This document shows, in pieces, positions 45,610 to 61,787 of a stretch of DNA of 64,000 nt (positions within the stretch are counted from its first letter, which is position 1; each line of letters begins with the position of its first letter). The DNA is from Hyaloraphidium curvatum SAG 235-1 (Eukaryota > Fungi > Monoblepharomycota), in NCBI GenBank assembly GCA_025558095.1, contig JAIVFI010000026.1, positions 310,001-374,000 of the forward strand, in the 5' to 3' direction. A program made the translations under genes and the position numbers. Below the pieces are notes generated by a model. It did no database searches, was not told the DNA's origin, and saw only the letters and a program-made list of their open reading frames with translations.

Positions 45610-45804
45610 TGGCAGTGACGTGGCTCCCGCGGGTCAGCGCACAGGCGGCTGCCGCATGGCGCACCGTCAGTCAGATTGCTGAGGGGCGGCGACCCTCCGT
45701 TCTGGCAGCGGAGGCAGCGGAGGCCACATCAGCCACCCCGCGTCGGTAAACAGACGCTCGTTCGATTCGTTCTCGTGCGCGGCACTACAGCCTTAGCTGC
45801 CAAA

Positions 45805-47384
45805 ATGGCCGAAGCCGTCTCGGCCGTCTTCGCGGCGGCGCACGCCCAGCGTGAGCCCGGGCCCCCTGGCGCCGCGATGCGCCGTCCTCACGGCGTCTCC
45901 CCCTCTCCACCCAGACCGGCCCGCCTTCGTGGGCTACATCACCGCCGGCTTCCCCGACGGCGATGACACGCCCGGCCTCATGCTGGCCATGGAGAAGGGC
46001 GGCGTGGACATCATCGAGCTCGGTGGGCTCCCCGCACGTGCTGCTCCACCGCAGGCCTGACCGGCCCGCAGGCGTGCCCTTCTCGGACCCCATCGCGGAC
46101 GGCCCCACGATCCAGGACTCGACGCACGTTGGTTGCGGAGCGCGGCTCGCTCCTCGTTCCCGCTGAGCCGCCCTTCCCCGTCAGACCGCGCTGCTGAACG
46201 GGACCGATGTCTCCAAATGCCTGAGCTACGTCAAGGAGGCCCGCGCAAAGGGCCTCAAGGCCCCGGTTATCCTCTTTGGCTACTACAACCCGATCCTGAT
46301 CTACGGCGAGGAGAAGATCATGAAGGAGTGCGCCGAGGTCGGCGTGAACGGCTTCATCATCGTCGACGCGCCGCCGGAGGAGGCTGTCAAGTTCCGCGAC
46401 CTTTGCCGCAGCCACGGGTGATTACCTGATCGGTCCCCAAGTCGTGCACGGCATCTCACGCGCTCGCCCTGTCGCTCCAGCCTCTCGTACGTCCCCCTCA
46501 TCGCCCCGTCGAGCAGCGACTCCCGCATCTCCCACCTCGTCGCCTGTGCCGACACCTTCATCTACGTCATCTCGGCCCTCGGAGTCACGGGTGCGCGCGA
46601 CAAGGTCTCGGAGGAGCTGCCGGCCCTGCTCCGGCGTATCCGCGCCCAGACCGACCTTCCCCTTGCTGTCGGCTTCGGCGTCACCACGAGGGAGCACTTT
46701 CAGGTCGTCGGAAAGGAGGCAGAGGGCGTCGTGATCGGAAGCCAGATCATCAAGGTGGCAAAGGGCGCGGAAAAGGCCGTCAGGGCTCAGGAGCTCGAGC
46801 GGTACTGCGCCATGGTGTCAGGCAGGGACGAGGCGGAGAAGGTGGCGAACGGGGTCGCGGCCATGGGTGGGTTCTGCGATGCGGTGTCGTAGAAAGAAAA
46901 CTCACGCGCTCTCCAAGGCATCGGCAAATCCAGCGCGCCCAAGGCCAGCGCCGTTGCGCCTCCGCAGCACGCCATCGCCGACCGATTCGGCCAGTTCGGC
47001 GGCCAATACGCGCCTGAAGCTTTGGTCGACTGTTTGGACGAGCTGGAAAAGGTCCGTCACTTGATTGTGGTGCCCCTCGTGCTTCCACTGACGGGGTTCA
47101 CTAGGCGTTTGTTGAGGCCATGGCGGATCCTAGCTTCCGAGCGGAGTTCGAATCCTACTACCCGTTCATGGGCCGGCCCTCGCAACTCCATCTGGCCGAG
47201 CGGATGACGGCCAAGTGCGGGGGCGCAAAGATATGGCTCAAGCGCGAGGATCTCAACCACACGGGGAGCCACAAGATCAACAATGCCCTCGGCCAGGTGC
47301 GTGGTGGTTGCTTCGCCCTCCAACCCTGGCTCACCTCGCTGGTTCTCCCAGGTGCTCTTGGCGCGCAGGCTCGGCAAGAAGAGG

Positions 47385-47417
<33 letters not shown>

Positions 47418-48492
47418 GTCGCCACCGCCACGGTGTGTGCCAAGTTTGGCCTCGAGTGCATCGTCTACATGGGAGCCGAGGACGTGCGCCGCCAGTCCCT
47501 CAACGTGTTCCGGATGCGCATGCTCGGCGCGACCGTCGTTCCCATCGATTCCGGGAGCCGGACTCTGAAGGACGCCGTGAACGAGGCCATGCGCGATTGG
47601 GTGACCAACGTCGCCACGACGCACTACATCATCGGCTCGGCCATCGGACCGCATCCTTTCCCGACCATCGTGCGCGAGTTCCAGTCGGTGATCGGGCGGG
47701 AGACCAAGAAGCAGATGCTGGAGCAGATCGGGCGCCTCCCCGATGCCGTCATCGCCTGCGTCGGCGGCGGGTCGAACGCCATCGGCATGTTTCATCCCTT
47801 CGTGGACGACAAGGAGGTTCGCAAGATCGGTCTCGAGGCGGGCGGCTCCGGCGTAGACTCGGGGTACCATTCAGCGACCCTCGTCGCAGGTACGCCCGGC
47901 GTGCTCCACGGCACGCGCACGTATCTCCTCCAGGACAAAAACGGTCAGATCACCGAGACCCACTCCATCTCCGCCGTGGGTGACGCCATTGTTTGGGCTC
48001 GGCGGGGGCTGTTAACACCATCCTCGCAGGGACTTGACTACCCGGGCGTGGGACCGGAGCACGCCTGGCTCAAGGACTCTTCGCGCGCAGAATACTACGC
48101 AGTGACGGATGCCGAGAGTTTGATCGGATTCCGCGCGCTCACGGAACTGGAGGGCATCATTCCGGCCCTCGAAACCGCGCATGCGATCTTTTACGCAATG
48201 AAGGTGGCCGCCGAGATGAAACCGGACCAGCACATCGTGATCTGCGTCTCCGGTCGCGGGGACAAGGATGTCAACTCGGTGGGTCCGCCTCTCGTGGCTT
48301 TTGCGGCAGCCACTGACACGCCCTGCGCAGGTCGCCGAGAACCTGCCAAAACTGGGCAAGGTTATTGGATGGGATTTGCGTTTCGAAGATCAGGTTGGTG
48401 CTGCACCGTTTCCCGGTTTGCAGGACCTGACTCTTGGCACAACATTAGATGCCCGGCACGGACAGCGGGCGCGCAGGCAGACATTGAAGTGA
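45805..48492 (+). CDS. TRP5: Tryptophan synthase, fused alpha-beta (fungal type)
   Basis: YITAGFP, IIELG|[62 protein letters not shown]; many introns; last exon approximate. Confidence 0.97.
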
Positions 48493-48582
48493 CATAGATG
48501 GCATCTTCAATCCAGGAACATAGAGCGCTCTCAATCACGATTTCGTCGCTCAATCGCGACCGCATGTCATCCCCGTCCCACG

Positions 48583-51125
48583 TCATGATTTGCTCTGCAC
48601 TCGGCTCATGAAGCGGTTCAGCTCCCCGAGGTTAAAGTCCGCTGCGTTCCCGTCCGTCGCCACCGCCTGTGCCAGAGGATCGAGCAGCTTATCGATCTCG
48701 TGAAATGGCACCGACAGGCACTGGCTGATGATCTTCTTGCACAGTAGCTCCGTCGTCGGCGGGGTCGTGCTCGCGCGCATCAGTGTCGCCGCCGCCCCGT
48801 CAAGTTCTGCCTTTGCGGTTTGCAGCATTGCCGTAGCTGCGTCAATCGAGTCCGGCTCCACTGCGATCCCGCCAGCCTCCGGCCCCGACGTTTCCTCGGA
48901 TTTCGTCGCCACCTTTGCAGCCTCGTCCTCCAGGACAAACGTGAGCTTCCTCACTCTTTCCGCATAAAACTCTGCGCTCTCGACCGCAGTTTGCAGGTCC
49001 GCAACTTTTCCCCGCACGTCCGTCAGCTCGGATGTGACTTCCCGCAACCGTGTTTGCGCCGTCCTGAGGGAGCCTTCCTTGTCCGAAATTTCCGACGTGA
49101 AGCTCGCCGTAAGATCGTGAATGATCGTTTGTATGGCTAAGGCAGCGTTCGAAATCATGCACTTCACCGTCGGCTCGTCCCGACTCACCGTCGCCAACGC
49201 GGCTTGCTTCGTCAACGAAAGTCGCCGCCGGGACCAGCGGCTTGTCGTCCAATACCACACCAGCAGCCTCAACCGAGACAGCCGCGGCGGCAGGGACAAC
49301 CTTTTGGGGGGGGGCGGGTCACTTGGCATCAGCGGCAAGCCCACAAACACTGTGCCTCACCTCAAGACTCGGTGCGCCGGGTGCTGCCCCGTACCCATAA
49401 TCCACGGGCTTCAATCCGGCCTTGTTCTCAATGCTGGTGCTCGCCCCCACTTCGACCAACGAGTCGCAGAGCGACTTGTTGCCGAACCTGGCGGCGATGA
49501 TCAGGGGCGTGTCGCCGTTAGCATCCTGCTTGTCGACCAAGTCCTTGAAGGTGAGGTCGCCGCCCTCGCTGATGCTGCGGGCGACCTGCTCCAGGAGACC
49601 CTGGAGGTAGTACCGCGCGGCCGTGGAGCGGCCCTTGATTCCTGCCGTGAGAACGATGTGGTGCACGACGTTCCGCTGCTGGTTGTCGCTCAGAGAGATG
49701 GCGTCCGAGAGCTTGCGCACAAGGTGCGGAAAGGTCTGGTTGTCGAAGTTGTTTGTGACCAGGACTGCACGGATCAGCGCCGATTCCCCGTTCTTGTTGA
49801 CGGCGAGGGGGTTCGCGCCGCTTTGCAGCAGGAGGTCCACGATCGACATGCGTGCGAGCGCAGCGGCCCAGTGCAGAGCGGTATGGCCATGCTCGTCTAT
49901 GGCCATGTTCAAGTCCAGTTCCGGGGGAGGATTTGCCAGCAGGGCAGGCACGGTGTTTGGTGCGTCATTAAGGAAAATTGCCATCAGTAGGGTCCGGTGC
50001 TGCTCGGTCGGCGTGATGAGGAGGCTGTTGGGGATCGCAGGAAGCGGCATCGACGACCTCGACGACTCTCTGACCCGGTCCAGTCGGTCCTCCTGGGAGG
50101 CTCTCGATCTTTCGTCGTCGTCCAGGTCCCGGCGGAAACGTTTCCGCGGGCGGTCGTCCCCGTCGTCCGATGCGTTCGGATCCCGCAGCGAAGGTGGCGG
50201 GCTCGGCGTGGTTGAGCTACCGTCCGAACCCTCCCCTCTCCTACGACCACTCGCGCCTGCTGCGGCGTCTCGGCTGCGATCCGCCACGCGCGGCTCCTGG
50301 CGGCGCACAGGACGTTCCGCGGCGGCAGCAGCGGCCTCCTGGATTTCAGCAAGGATGAGAACACGGCGCAACAGCCTCGACGCGGATAAACCACCTGGCG
50401 TCGCCGTTCCAGAAGCTCCTTCCTCGCTCGCGCCTGTTCCAGTCGGACCTCTTCTTTGGAGGGAGTGAACCCGGAGCCATCATCCGGCGGGGGTTCGAAA
50501 TCAAGCAGGGGCTTCAACTGGGCTTCCACGCGGTACTCCTGCGCGAGCTCGACCCCCCGTTCAAACGGGACCCTTTGAAGGCGGAGCGATAAGCCTATCT
50601 GCGCCGCTCGCGCCAACAAAGAGGCACGAACCAGGTTCCCTGGTACTTTCCGTACCCTCCCTGCACCTTCTCGTGTACTCCGGGTACAACGTCCGACTCC
50701 AGGATCTTCGTCCGGATGCCCTTCTCCACCCCCGCCACTTTCAGAATCTGGGTGGCATTGAGCCATGAATCCGACTTCCTCCGCATGACGGAAACATTGC
50801 TGAATGCAGCAAAGGAAGAAGGAGAGAGCAGGGATGGGAGTACGCACCGGTATCGATGGAATGCAGGGAGGGGAAGGAGCACGTCAGGCTTGAGATGCAT
50901 TCCGTTGCCCGAGCACTCTCCGAACCCACCGAACGAGCATCTCGTAGACCGGGATGCCCGAATATACGCTCTGGTAGACTTGAGGGCGGAGATTTGCGCC
51001 GCAGGGTGGGAGGACGGGGGGCAGAAAGGCAACCAACGCGTGCACGGAGTGAGCGTCCCCTGGAGGGCGGCACCGGAGGGGATCGGCTGCTTACCGACTA
51101 CCCTGCCAGGACCCGATGAAGCCAT
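48583..51125 (-). CDS. SBF/MBF transcription factor (Mbp1/Swi4/Res-like): KilA-N/APSES + ankyrin + coiled coil
   Basis: [70 protein letters not shown]. Confidence 0.93.
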
Positions 51126-51286
51126 CCTGACGAAGGATTGCTGCTTCACGGTCCTCCTGGTCGCGATGTTTGGACTCTGTGTTTGGCCCAGCTGGCCGGC
51201 TCTAGAGGCGATCGCGCCCCACGCATTTTCGTCCATTCCTTTTGAATTCGTTTCGGCCAGGGAAATCCTTGGCGGTCGACTGCACG

Positions 51287-52717
51287 ATGGCGGGCACGAG
51301 ATCAGCCACCGGATCCGCGCGGAAGCGGAAGCGGAGCGCGTCGCCGCCGTCGGGCGACGAGGGCGCCGCCACGGCCCCGCCGAAGCGGTCGCGCCGCGGC
51401 GCTTCTCCGGCCGCGTCCGCGTCCGCCTCGGAGGACGAAGCGCCGCGGGTGCCCGCGCGCGGCAAGATGAAGGCGGCGCGCCGTGCCTCGAGCGGCAGTG
51501 GCTCGGAACGCGACGCGTCGTCGGACGCCGGGGAGCCCATGCGCCTGGACGGCGAGTCCTCCGAGACGGAAGCCGTCGGCGGGGCCTACGACGACGCTCC
51601 CGACGAGGAGCCTCAGATGCGCTTCCTCGCCTACTTCGATGCCCACGGGCGGACCTCGGACAACCGCCTGAGCTCGCTGCCCCTCCTGGACCACAAAGAG
51701 TACATCCGGGCCATCCGCGGCGCCCCGCCCAAGCACGAGGCCGAAATCAGGCAGGGGATCCAGCTGCACTCGAAATCGTTCCCCGAGTGGCATTTCCAGC
51801 TCCTCGAGGGCTTCAACCTTTGCTTCTACGGTTTCGGCTCCAAGCAGAAGCTCCTGAATGCCTTTGCCGACGCCGAGCTGAAGGACTACCCGGTTGTGAC
51901 CGTGAGCGGTTTCAATCCCTCCGTAACCGCAAAGTCGATCCTGGCGCAGATCGTTTCGAACGTGGTGCACCCGATGCTCGGCATCGTCGGCACGGTTCCC
52001 GCACAGGTGAACGACGCTATCGCGAAGATCTCGGACCACTTTGCGCGGGGCGAGCACGGAAAACTGTTTGTCGTCATCCACAACATCGACGGGGAGCAGC
52101 TCCGGAACGGACAGGCCCAGAACGCGCTGAGCCATCTCGCATCGGTTCCAAACGTGCACCTGGTCTGCTCCATCGACCACATCAACGCACCTCTCCTGTG
52201 GGATGCGTCGCGCATGAGCAAGCTCTCGTTCTTGTGGCACGACGTGACGACGTTTGAGCCTTACGATGTCGAAACCAGCATGGCCGAAGACTCTGGCCTG
52301 GTCAGCCTCGTTCGGGGCGACGGACACAGGAGCCTGGGTGGCATGAAGCACGTTATGCGCAGCTTGCCCGTGAATGCGCGCAAGGTGTTCCGCGTCCTGG
52401 CGGAGCACCAGCTCGCCGCCAGCGGCGCCGAAGGCTCCGAAACATCTTCCAGGGCCGGCAGGAAGCAGGCCAAGGCCGCCTCGAAGGCTGGGCCCAGCGC
52501 GGCGGTCGGTCTGCCCCTCCAGATTTACCGCCGGAAGTGCGAGGAGCAGTTCATACCCGGCATCGGGTCGGACGTAACCTTCCGAGCCCAGCTGCGGGAG
52601 TTTGTGGACCACAAGCTGATGGAGCAGGTCGTAACGGCCGAGAACGGCGAGGTCGTGTTCATCCCGATGGAGAGCAAGGCCATCACGGACCTGCTGGCGG
52701 CGATGAACGATCTCTGA
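51287..52717 (+). CDS. ORC2: Origin recognition complex subunit 2, intronless
   Basis: [60 protein letters not shown]. Confidence 0.95.
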   Translation: MAGTRSATGSARKRKRSASPPSGDEGAATAPPKRSRRGASPAASASASEDEAPRVPARGKMKAARRASSGSGSERDASSDAGEPMRLDGESSETEAVGGAYDDAPDEEPQMRFLAYFDAHGRTSDNRLSSLPLLDHKEYIRAIRGAPPKHEAEIRQGIQLHSKSFPEWHFQLLEGFNLCFYGFGSKQKLLNAFADAELKDYPVVTVSGFNPSVTAKSILAQIVSNVVHPMLGIVGTVPAQVNDAIAKISDHFARGEHGKLFVVIHNIDGEQLRNGQAQNALSHLASVPNVHLVCSIDHINAPLLWDASRMSKLSFLWHDVTTFEPYDVETSMAEDSGLVSLVRGDGHRSLGGMKHVMRSLPVNARKVFRVLAEHQLAASGAEGSETSSRAGRKQAKAASKAGPSAAVGLPLQIYRRKCEEQFIPGIGSDVTFRAQLREFVDHKLMEQVVTAENGEVVFIPMESKAITDLLAAMNDL

Positions 52718-52864
52718 TGTCATAGAAAAGTGCGCGTTACGGCAATAAAAGTGGCGGGGGAACTCAACCGGTCCCACGGTCCCATCCCCTCCCACTGCTC
52801 GGAAACGCCGGGCCCTTCGCTTCCCAGACCAAGTCCCACGGCCAATACCTCTTCCATCGTCGGA

Positions 52865-54129
52865 ATGTCGTACTCCGATGCCCACCGACTGTTTGTCCAG
52901 GCGTTTGTCAGTGAAGGTTTTCTGGCCCAGCACGACGCGGAAGCGCGGTGGGCTCGCGCCTGGGACGCTGCTCGGGGCGAAGAAGGCGGTGAGTGTCGGA
53001 AGGTGAAAGGCCCGTCATGTTGTTCAACGTCCTTCGCAGGAGAGAGAGCGCCGCCGCTCTCGGACTGCATTAGACTGGCGAACAAGGCACTGGAAGGCGT
53101 GGATTTGAAGCTGCAAGTGGGCGTGGCACCCGACGACGGCACCACCTGGTACGCTCTGGTCGGTTCCGGTCTTTGTCGGCGGCGTGTGGAACGACGGCCA
53201 ACGGTCACCGTTCACTCTAGGTCAACTTGCGGTCCGACGAAGTCGCGTTGCTCGCCAGCTCTTACGACGCCCATGAGATCGAATTCTTCAAGCGTCTGGT
53301 GGGTTGCATTCTGCTCGTCGACTCGGCCCTTTCCAAAAAGCTGTTCCGGTTCAGCTGGTCATGATCTTCCAAGAATCGAACAAGAGTTTCGAGGTCTCTT
53401 CGATGGACGCGCTGAATTCGGTTTCGAGGGCACCGGAAAACCAGAAGAAACTCACCAAAACCGAGGCCGCCGACTTCCTAAAGCGGCTCTCGGTCGCAGG
53501 ATGGCTGCGCGAAGAGTGCGTGTCCGCGTCAAACGTATGGATAGTCTCGCGCTGAGCTTGAGCGTAGCAACCACGGTTACTCCCTGGGCCTTCGATCCCT
53601 TCTGGAGCTCAAGACCTATCTCACGAACGAGTTCGACGATTCGCTGGTTGGGGAATGTCATGTCTGCAAGGAGCACGTACTGACGCCTGGGGTGCGTGAC
53701 CGACCTCTCTGTCGCTTGTCTCCTTCATTGAGAGCCGTGCTTCTCCGCCAGTACCAGTCTTGCAGCGAAGACAGGTGCACGTGCGTCATGCACAAGGCTT
53801 GTTCCGAGAAGCGCTTTGCCACCCTCGCGGGCGACAAGCGCTGCCCAGTATGCAAAGCTACATGGGTCGATGAGAGACCGCGGCAGCCAGCAGCTAGCCG
53901 TGCTCCAAAGCTTGGACGGCCACACAGTCAACTTGGTGGCATGGCCGGGGCACCGTCAAGGCGTGCTGCTTCCGAGGACGACGATGTCGAACTGTTTGAA
54001 GACGCCGAGGATCGTGAGGACGTCGTGGAGGAGAATCGGTCGCAGAACCAGGACGAACGCGGCCAGAACCTGGACGATGACGAGGAAGAGGAGCCGAACG
54101 TGCGGCGACGAAGGTCCGGTCGTCGATAG
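52865..54129 (+). CDS. NSE1: Smc5/6 subunit Nse1 (RING-like E3)
   Basis: MSYSDAHRLFVQAF, LGLRSLLELKTYL, CHVC..C..C..H..C..CPVC..W; several introns. Confidence 0.85.
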
Positions 54130-54144
54130 CTTTTTGTGTGACTA

Positions 54145-54727
54145 TCATCGATACAATCGTGTTCGCGCCCGCATAAAGTCGCCGAGCGTTTGAGATCCCA
54201 CGAGGGAACTTCGCCGACAAGGCCCAATCGCCGTGCACGTGATGATGTCCTCCGGCTGTTCACAGAACTGGGGGACAAAGGGAATGCAATCGTCAGGCAC
54301 AAGAATGACCGACCGGCCATGCGAAACCCGCCTCGTGGACTAGTATGCGGCTGTTGCTCCGCAGTTCGTCCCCCAGGCTGCGAAGCGTTGCCTCATCCGG
54401 AACCTCCGTGACGACCTTTCGCAGCGTGCCCGTGTCCACCCCCTGCATGTACTCTTGCACGTCCGCGCTATCCCTGTGCTTCCAGATGAGTGCAGTGGAG
54501 GCGTGTGCCGCCTGCGCCATCAGCATCCCGTGAGTCCATTTGAATCGCTTGGGAAACGCATGTGGGTAGAGGAGTCCGGCTCGTATGTTTCGACATCATT
54601 GGGGTACCTTGTCCGTAACAAGGTCCTTTCGAAGAACCAGGTATTGGATCAATGGATCCTCGGGCGCGACAGATCCGGGGTTGGAGTCTTCGGGAGACGC
54701 CCTGGGCGCTGCTTCCGAAGAAGCCAT
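54145..54727 (-). CDS. PTH2-family peptidyl-tRNA hydrolase domain protein (PTRHD1-like)
   Basis: IQYLVLRKDL, MAQAAHAS, LRKVV, EQPEDIITCTAIGP. Confidence 0.85.
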
Positions 54728-54872
54728 GGCTCGCGCGGAATAGAAGGGGCTGCGATTGATGCAGGCGATCCGAATGCCCCGGATGTGCATGCACGCAGGC
54801 GAATACAGACTACGGCTACGAGAGCAACCGGATCGATCGGTTGACGCGATCGGCCGCGCGTTACAGCAGAGA

Positions 54873-56223
54873 ATGGCGGCGGTGGACGCGGCATTCTGCG
54901 TGGCGCTGCCAAAGGTGGTGCGTGCATTCAAATTTATACTCCATTCTTGCGGTTCCGGAAGTTGGGCCTGTCGTCAGGAGCTGCACGCCCACCTGAATGG
55001 CTCGCTGGATGTGGAAGGCATGGAGATGCTGCGAGACATGAAGAAGGACAGGCAGCCGGAGCTTTTGGATTTCGACCTGCCTCAAATAGATCCGTCCTTC
55101 CGGATCGAAGAGTGGGCCGGCGGCAACTTGGGTTCGCGCTTCCAGTACGCCGACTCGCCCACTTCAACAGCTTCTTCCCCTTCTTTCGCTTCGTCTACTT
55201 GCTGACCAACGACGAGGAAAGCATCGCATTTGTTACCAGAAGGGTCATCGAAGCCTTCCGGAACGATGGTGTCAGCATGGCCCGGGGTTTCGCGGAAGCC
55301 AGGTCTCACTTATCATTTCCCTAGGTCCGATATCTGGAACTGCGGACGACCCCACGTCGTGACGGACAGACAGGTCTGAGGCACTACATTGGTTCTCTTT
55401 TCGGCTGATGTTTGTTCTTCCAGGGATGACGAAGCGATCTTATATTGAAGCGGTGCTCATGGAGATGGATGCCATGTCCGAGTCATACGCGGACATTGTC
55501 GTGAAACTGATCCTCAGCATGGACAGGCGCCACACCCTGGAAGAATGCTTGGAAACCGTGGAGCTTGCACTTGAGCTGCGCGACCGAGGGATCGTCGGCA
55601 TTGACGTCTGCGGGGACCCGACGAAGGGCAGCTTCTCGGCAATCCGGCCTGCGGTGTCGCGAGCAAAGGACGCGGGCTTGAAGGGTGGGTTGCCAGCATG
55701 GACTCTGTGGCCAGTCTCGGCTCGCTGATGTTGTCGCAGTCACGATCCACCTTGGTGAGGTTCCGGACACAGACGCGGAGAGCAGCACCATGCTAGACTG
55801 CCTGCCCGATCGGCTGGGGCATGCCACCTATCTGAGCGCGGACCTTCGAGGTGGGCATCCTGCGGCTGTCCGGGTCCGTCGCTGACCCGCGAGGGCACGC
55901 AAGAGCGAATTTTGCGACAAAACATCCCGATCGAAATGTGCATGACGTCAAACGTGCTGTGCAAGACCGTCGCGACCTACGAGGATCACCACATCAGGGA
56001 CTTTTTCCCGGACCATCCGTGCGCCCTGTGCACGGACGACATGGGCATCTTCCGGTGCAAGCTGAGCGACGAGTACGCGGTGGCCGCCTGGGTCTTTTCC
56101 ATGGACCGGCGGCAGCTGTTCGAGCTGAGCAGGATGTCCATAGATTGCATTTTTGCGGGCGATGCCGTCAAGGAGCGCCTGCGGCGGGAGTGGGAGGAGT
56201 TTGCGGCGAGCGCCTTGTGCTGA
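54873..56223 (+). CDS. Adenosine deaminase-like protein (ADAL/N6-methyl-AMP deaminase family)
   Basis: LPKV|[50 protein letters not shown]. Confidence 0.9.
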
Positions 56224-56314
56224 TTGTATAAGGGACTGTAGCCCAAGGTTGGGCTTTGATTGCCCGAAAGGGTTTGGTCGGCGGCCCAAACTCGTCTCGG
56301 TCCTCAATCTCACG

Positions 56315-57218
56315 ATGGTACGCTGGCAGACCAACACGCTGGGCACCGGGACGTGGTCATGCTGCTGCCCCGCTGGTCGGCTTGACCTGCAATGGGCGCC
56401 AGCGTGGACGGGGCCCGCGGGCCTGACCCCGTCGTTGGAACCCACTCGCAGAGCCCGATGCCTCGTTCCTGGCCCGGCGTGTTGGCAAACCCCCTCGTTC
56501 TCCGCTCATTCATGTCCGTTTCTGTGGCCTCAGGTCAAGACGTACGAGCTCCGCGAGAAGACGAAGGCGGATTTGACGAAGCAGCTGGATGAGCTCAAGT
56601 CGGAGCTCACCAGTCTGCGGGTTCAAAAGGTTGCCGGTGGTGCTCCCGCGAAGCTCGCCAAGATGTGAGTTGTGATGGACCAGAGGACGCGGTTGCGAAG
56701 AGGCTGTTCTGTGGACGAACGGACCGGTGCCGCGCAGTACTCCAAGCTATGGCTGGGGCGGACCGGGAACTCGGAACTTTTGGACGCGGAGCTTTGGACT
56801 GGCGGGACTTCAGCAATGGTCTCGTTGGCGGGTTCTGGACGGGGCGGCGCGGCGTGGGGTGCGCGCCGTCGCCGTTCCTTCACCAAGCCTTTGCTGGATG
56901 GGTTCTTACTGGCCTCAACTCGTCACAGTCGCGGAGTCCGCAAGAGCATCGCTCAGGTCATGACCGTCATCAGCCAAACGCAGCGCGACCAGCTGCGGAT
57001 GTACTACAAAGGCAAGAAATACGTCCCTCTGGACCTGCGGCCGAAGAAGACGAGGGCGATCAGGCGACGGCTAACGAAGCACGAGGCATCGCGGAAAACT
57101 GTGCGGCAGCAGAAGAGGGACACGCACTTCCCTCTGAGGAAGGTTAGTGTGTCGCAGATTTGCTTTTGTGAGGCGTTACTGATGATCCGGGCAAACTCAG
57201 TACGCTGTGAAGGCATGA
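56315..57218 (+). CDS. RPL35: 60S ribosomal protein L35 (uL29)
   Basis: ATG|[20 protein letters not shown]..|[29 protein letters not shown]|YAVKA; introns 56318-56533, 56665-56927, 57143-57200. Confidence 0.96.
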
Positions 57219-57357
57219 GGTCCTTCGATGTACACTCTGAATACGATTCCGTGGCCTGATCAACGTGCGCGCTGTCGTGTGGTTGGAGAGTCGCGGAAGC
57301 CGTCACCGATGGGGCTCCGTGCCTTCGCCACCTCGTCGTCCCGTTGCTGCGCAGCCG

Positions 57358-60539
<3,182 letters not shown>

Positions 60540-60619
60540 ATAACTTGCTCTTCCACGTCTATGGCATCGAGTTCAAGCAGTCCCGGGGTCACCAAATGCT
60601 CTCCTCTATTCCAGACAGG

Positions 60620-61787
60620 CCCTTTATGGTGCTTACTTCCACCGACAACCGTGAGCACTCGGGCTCGGGCACATGGAGGTGAGTGGGAAGTGGTTTTCCA
60701 CTGCTGAGTCTGAGGGCAGAGCATGGTTTCACTGCTCTGCGTACGATGACAAACGGGAGATTCTCAAACCCGGAACAGGGGCAACAACCCGTGCAGGGAA
60801 AGACGGCGAGCGCGACAGCACCCTGGACTACGCAATCGTGCCGCAGAGCCACTATGGGATGGCCACCGAGCTTGCCTTTGTGAAGGAGGGTTGGGTCGTC
60901 ACCTCAGATCTATGGCACTGAGCATGACCATCGAGGCCAACATCAAGCGACCAACCGTGAAGGAGAACAAGTCGCGTGGCAAACACGTGCCCTGCAACTT
61001 TCACTTCCTCGCGATCATGTGAAATCTCTGGGACGAGGCGTGGGTGAAAGAGTCTATGCAGGAGTACGAGCAGATGGAGGCTGGCTCGGACAAGTGCAAT
61101 CAGCTGATACAGATCATGGTGGCGAGCTGATACAGATCATGGTGGCGGTGAACAAGATGGCAAAGAGGAAGTACGACAAGGTCAGCGTGCATGAGGAGGC
61201 TGATAAGTTCCTGAACGGCTTTGCGGATTCGGCGGAGAGGACCGCGCCTTCTTGAGCTGCGATCCCTCATGGAGAAGGAGGAGTGGAAGAAGGAGTACCA
61301 AGGGAAGGCACGAGAGCTGGAGAAGGAGAGGAAGAAGCTGGAGAAGAAGATGCGGAAAATCGCGGAGCACAAGAACTCTGAGCTGCTGGAACGACTCTTC
61401 AGGCGAGAGCCTAAGGGATACTACCAACTGCTTGGAAAGACTTATGCGAGGCGGAAGGGCAACCCCGTACCCTTTGCGGAGCTGGTACGCCACATGGAGA
61501 TGGTGGCCAGCACCAAGTACGTGACCAAGATCGAGGAAGACCCCAGGCTCACGTTCCCATGCCACCGCTTCCCAAGGCCAACGATCACGCCTCCAGGGAA
61601 CCTGCTGCGCCCCATCACCCTCAAGGAGCTCGAGAAGGTCCTGAAGAAGGCTCCTAACGGCAGGGCAGCGGATGAGGATGGGATCAGGCTCGAGTTCGTC
61701 AAGTACGGGACCACTGTGCTGAAGCAAGCTGTTGTCGATCTGCTCAACGACGTGCTATGGGGTCGACATGCAAGACTGGGGCCAGAC
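60620..61787 (+). mobile_element. Degenerate non-LTR retrotransposon ORF2 fragment (AP-endonuclease end to RT start)
   Basis: STLDYAIV..SD (APE C-terminus); PITLKELEKVLKKAPNGRAADEDGI..EF (pre-RT motif); stops and frameshifts; truncated before the RT core. Confidence 0.75.

Noticed and set aside
51302-52933. 543-aa antisense ORF over ORC2, and many similar Arg/Pro/Gly-rich shadow ORFs across the window
   Set aside because: Expected stop-codon scarcity at high GC; the real gene is on the other strand or frame
56670-56690. GTGATGG as box C of a C/D snoRNA
   Set aside because: Imperfect box C and no downstream CTGA box D in the intron
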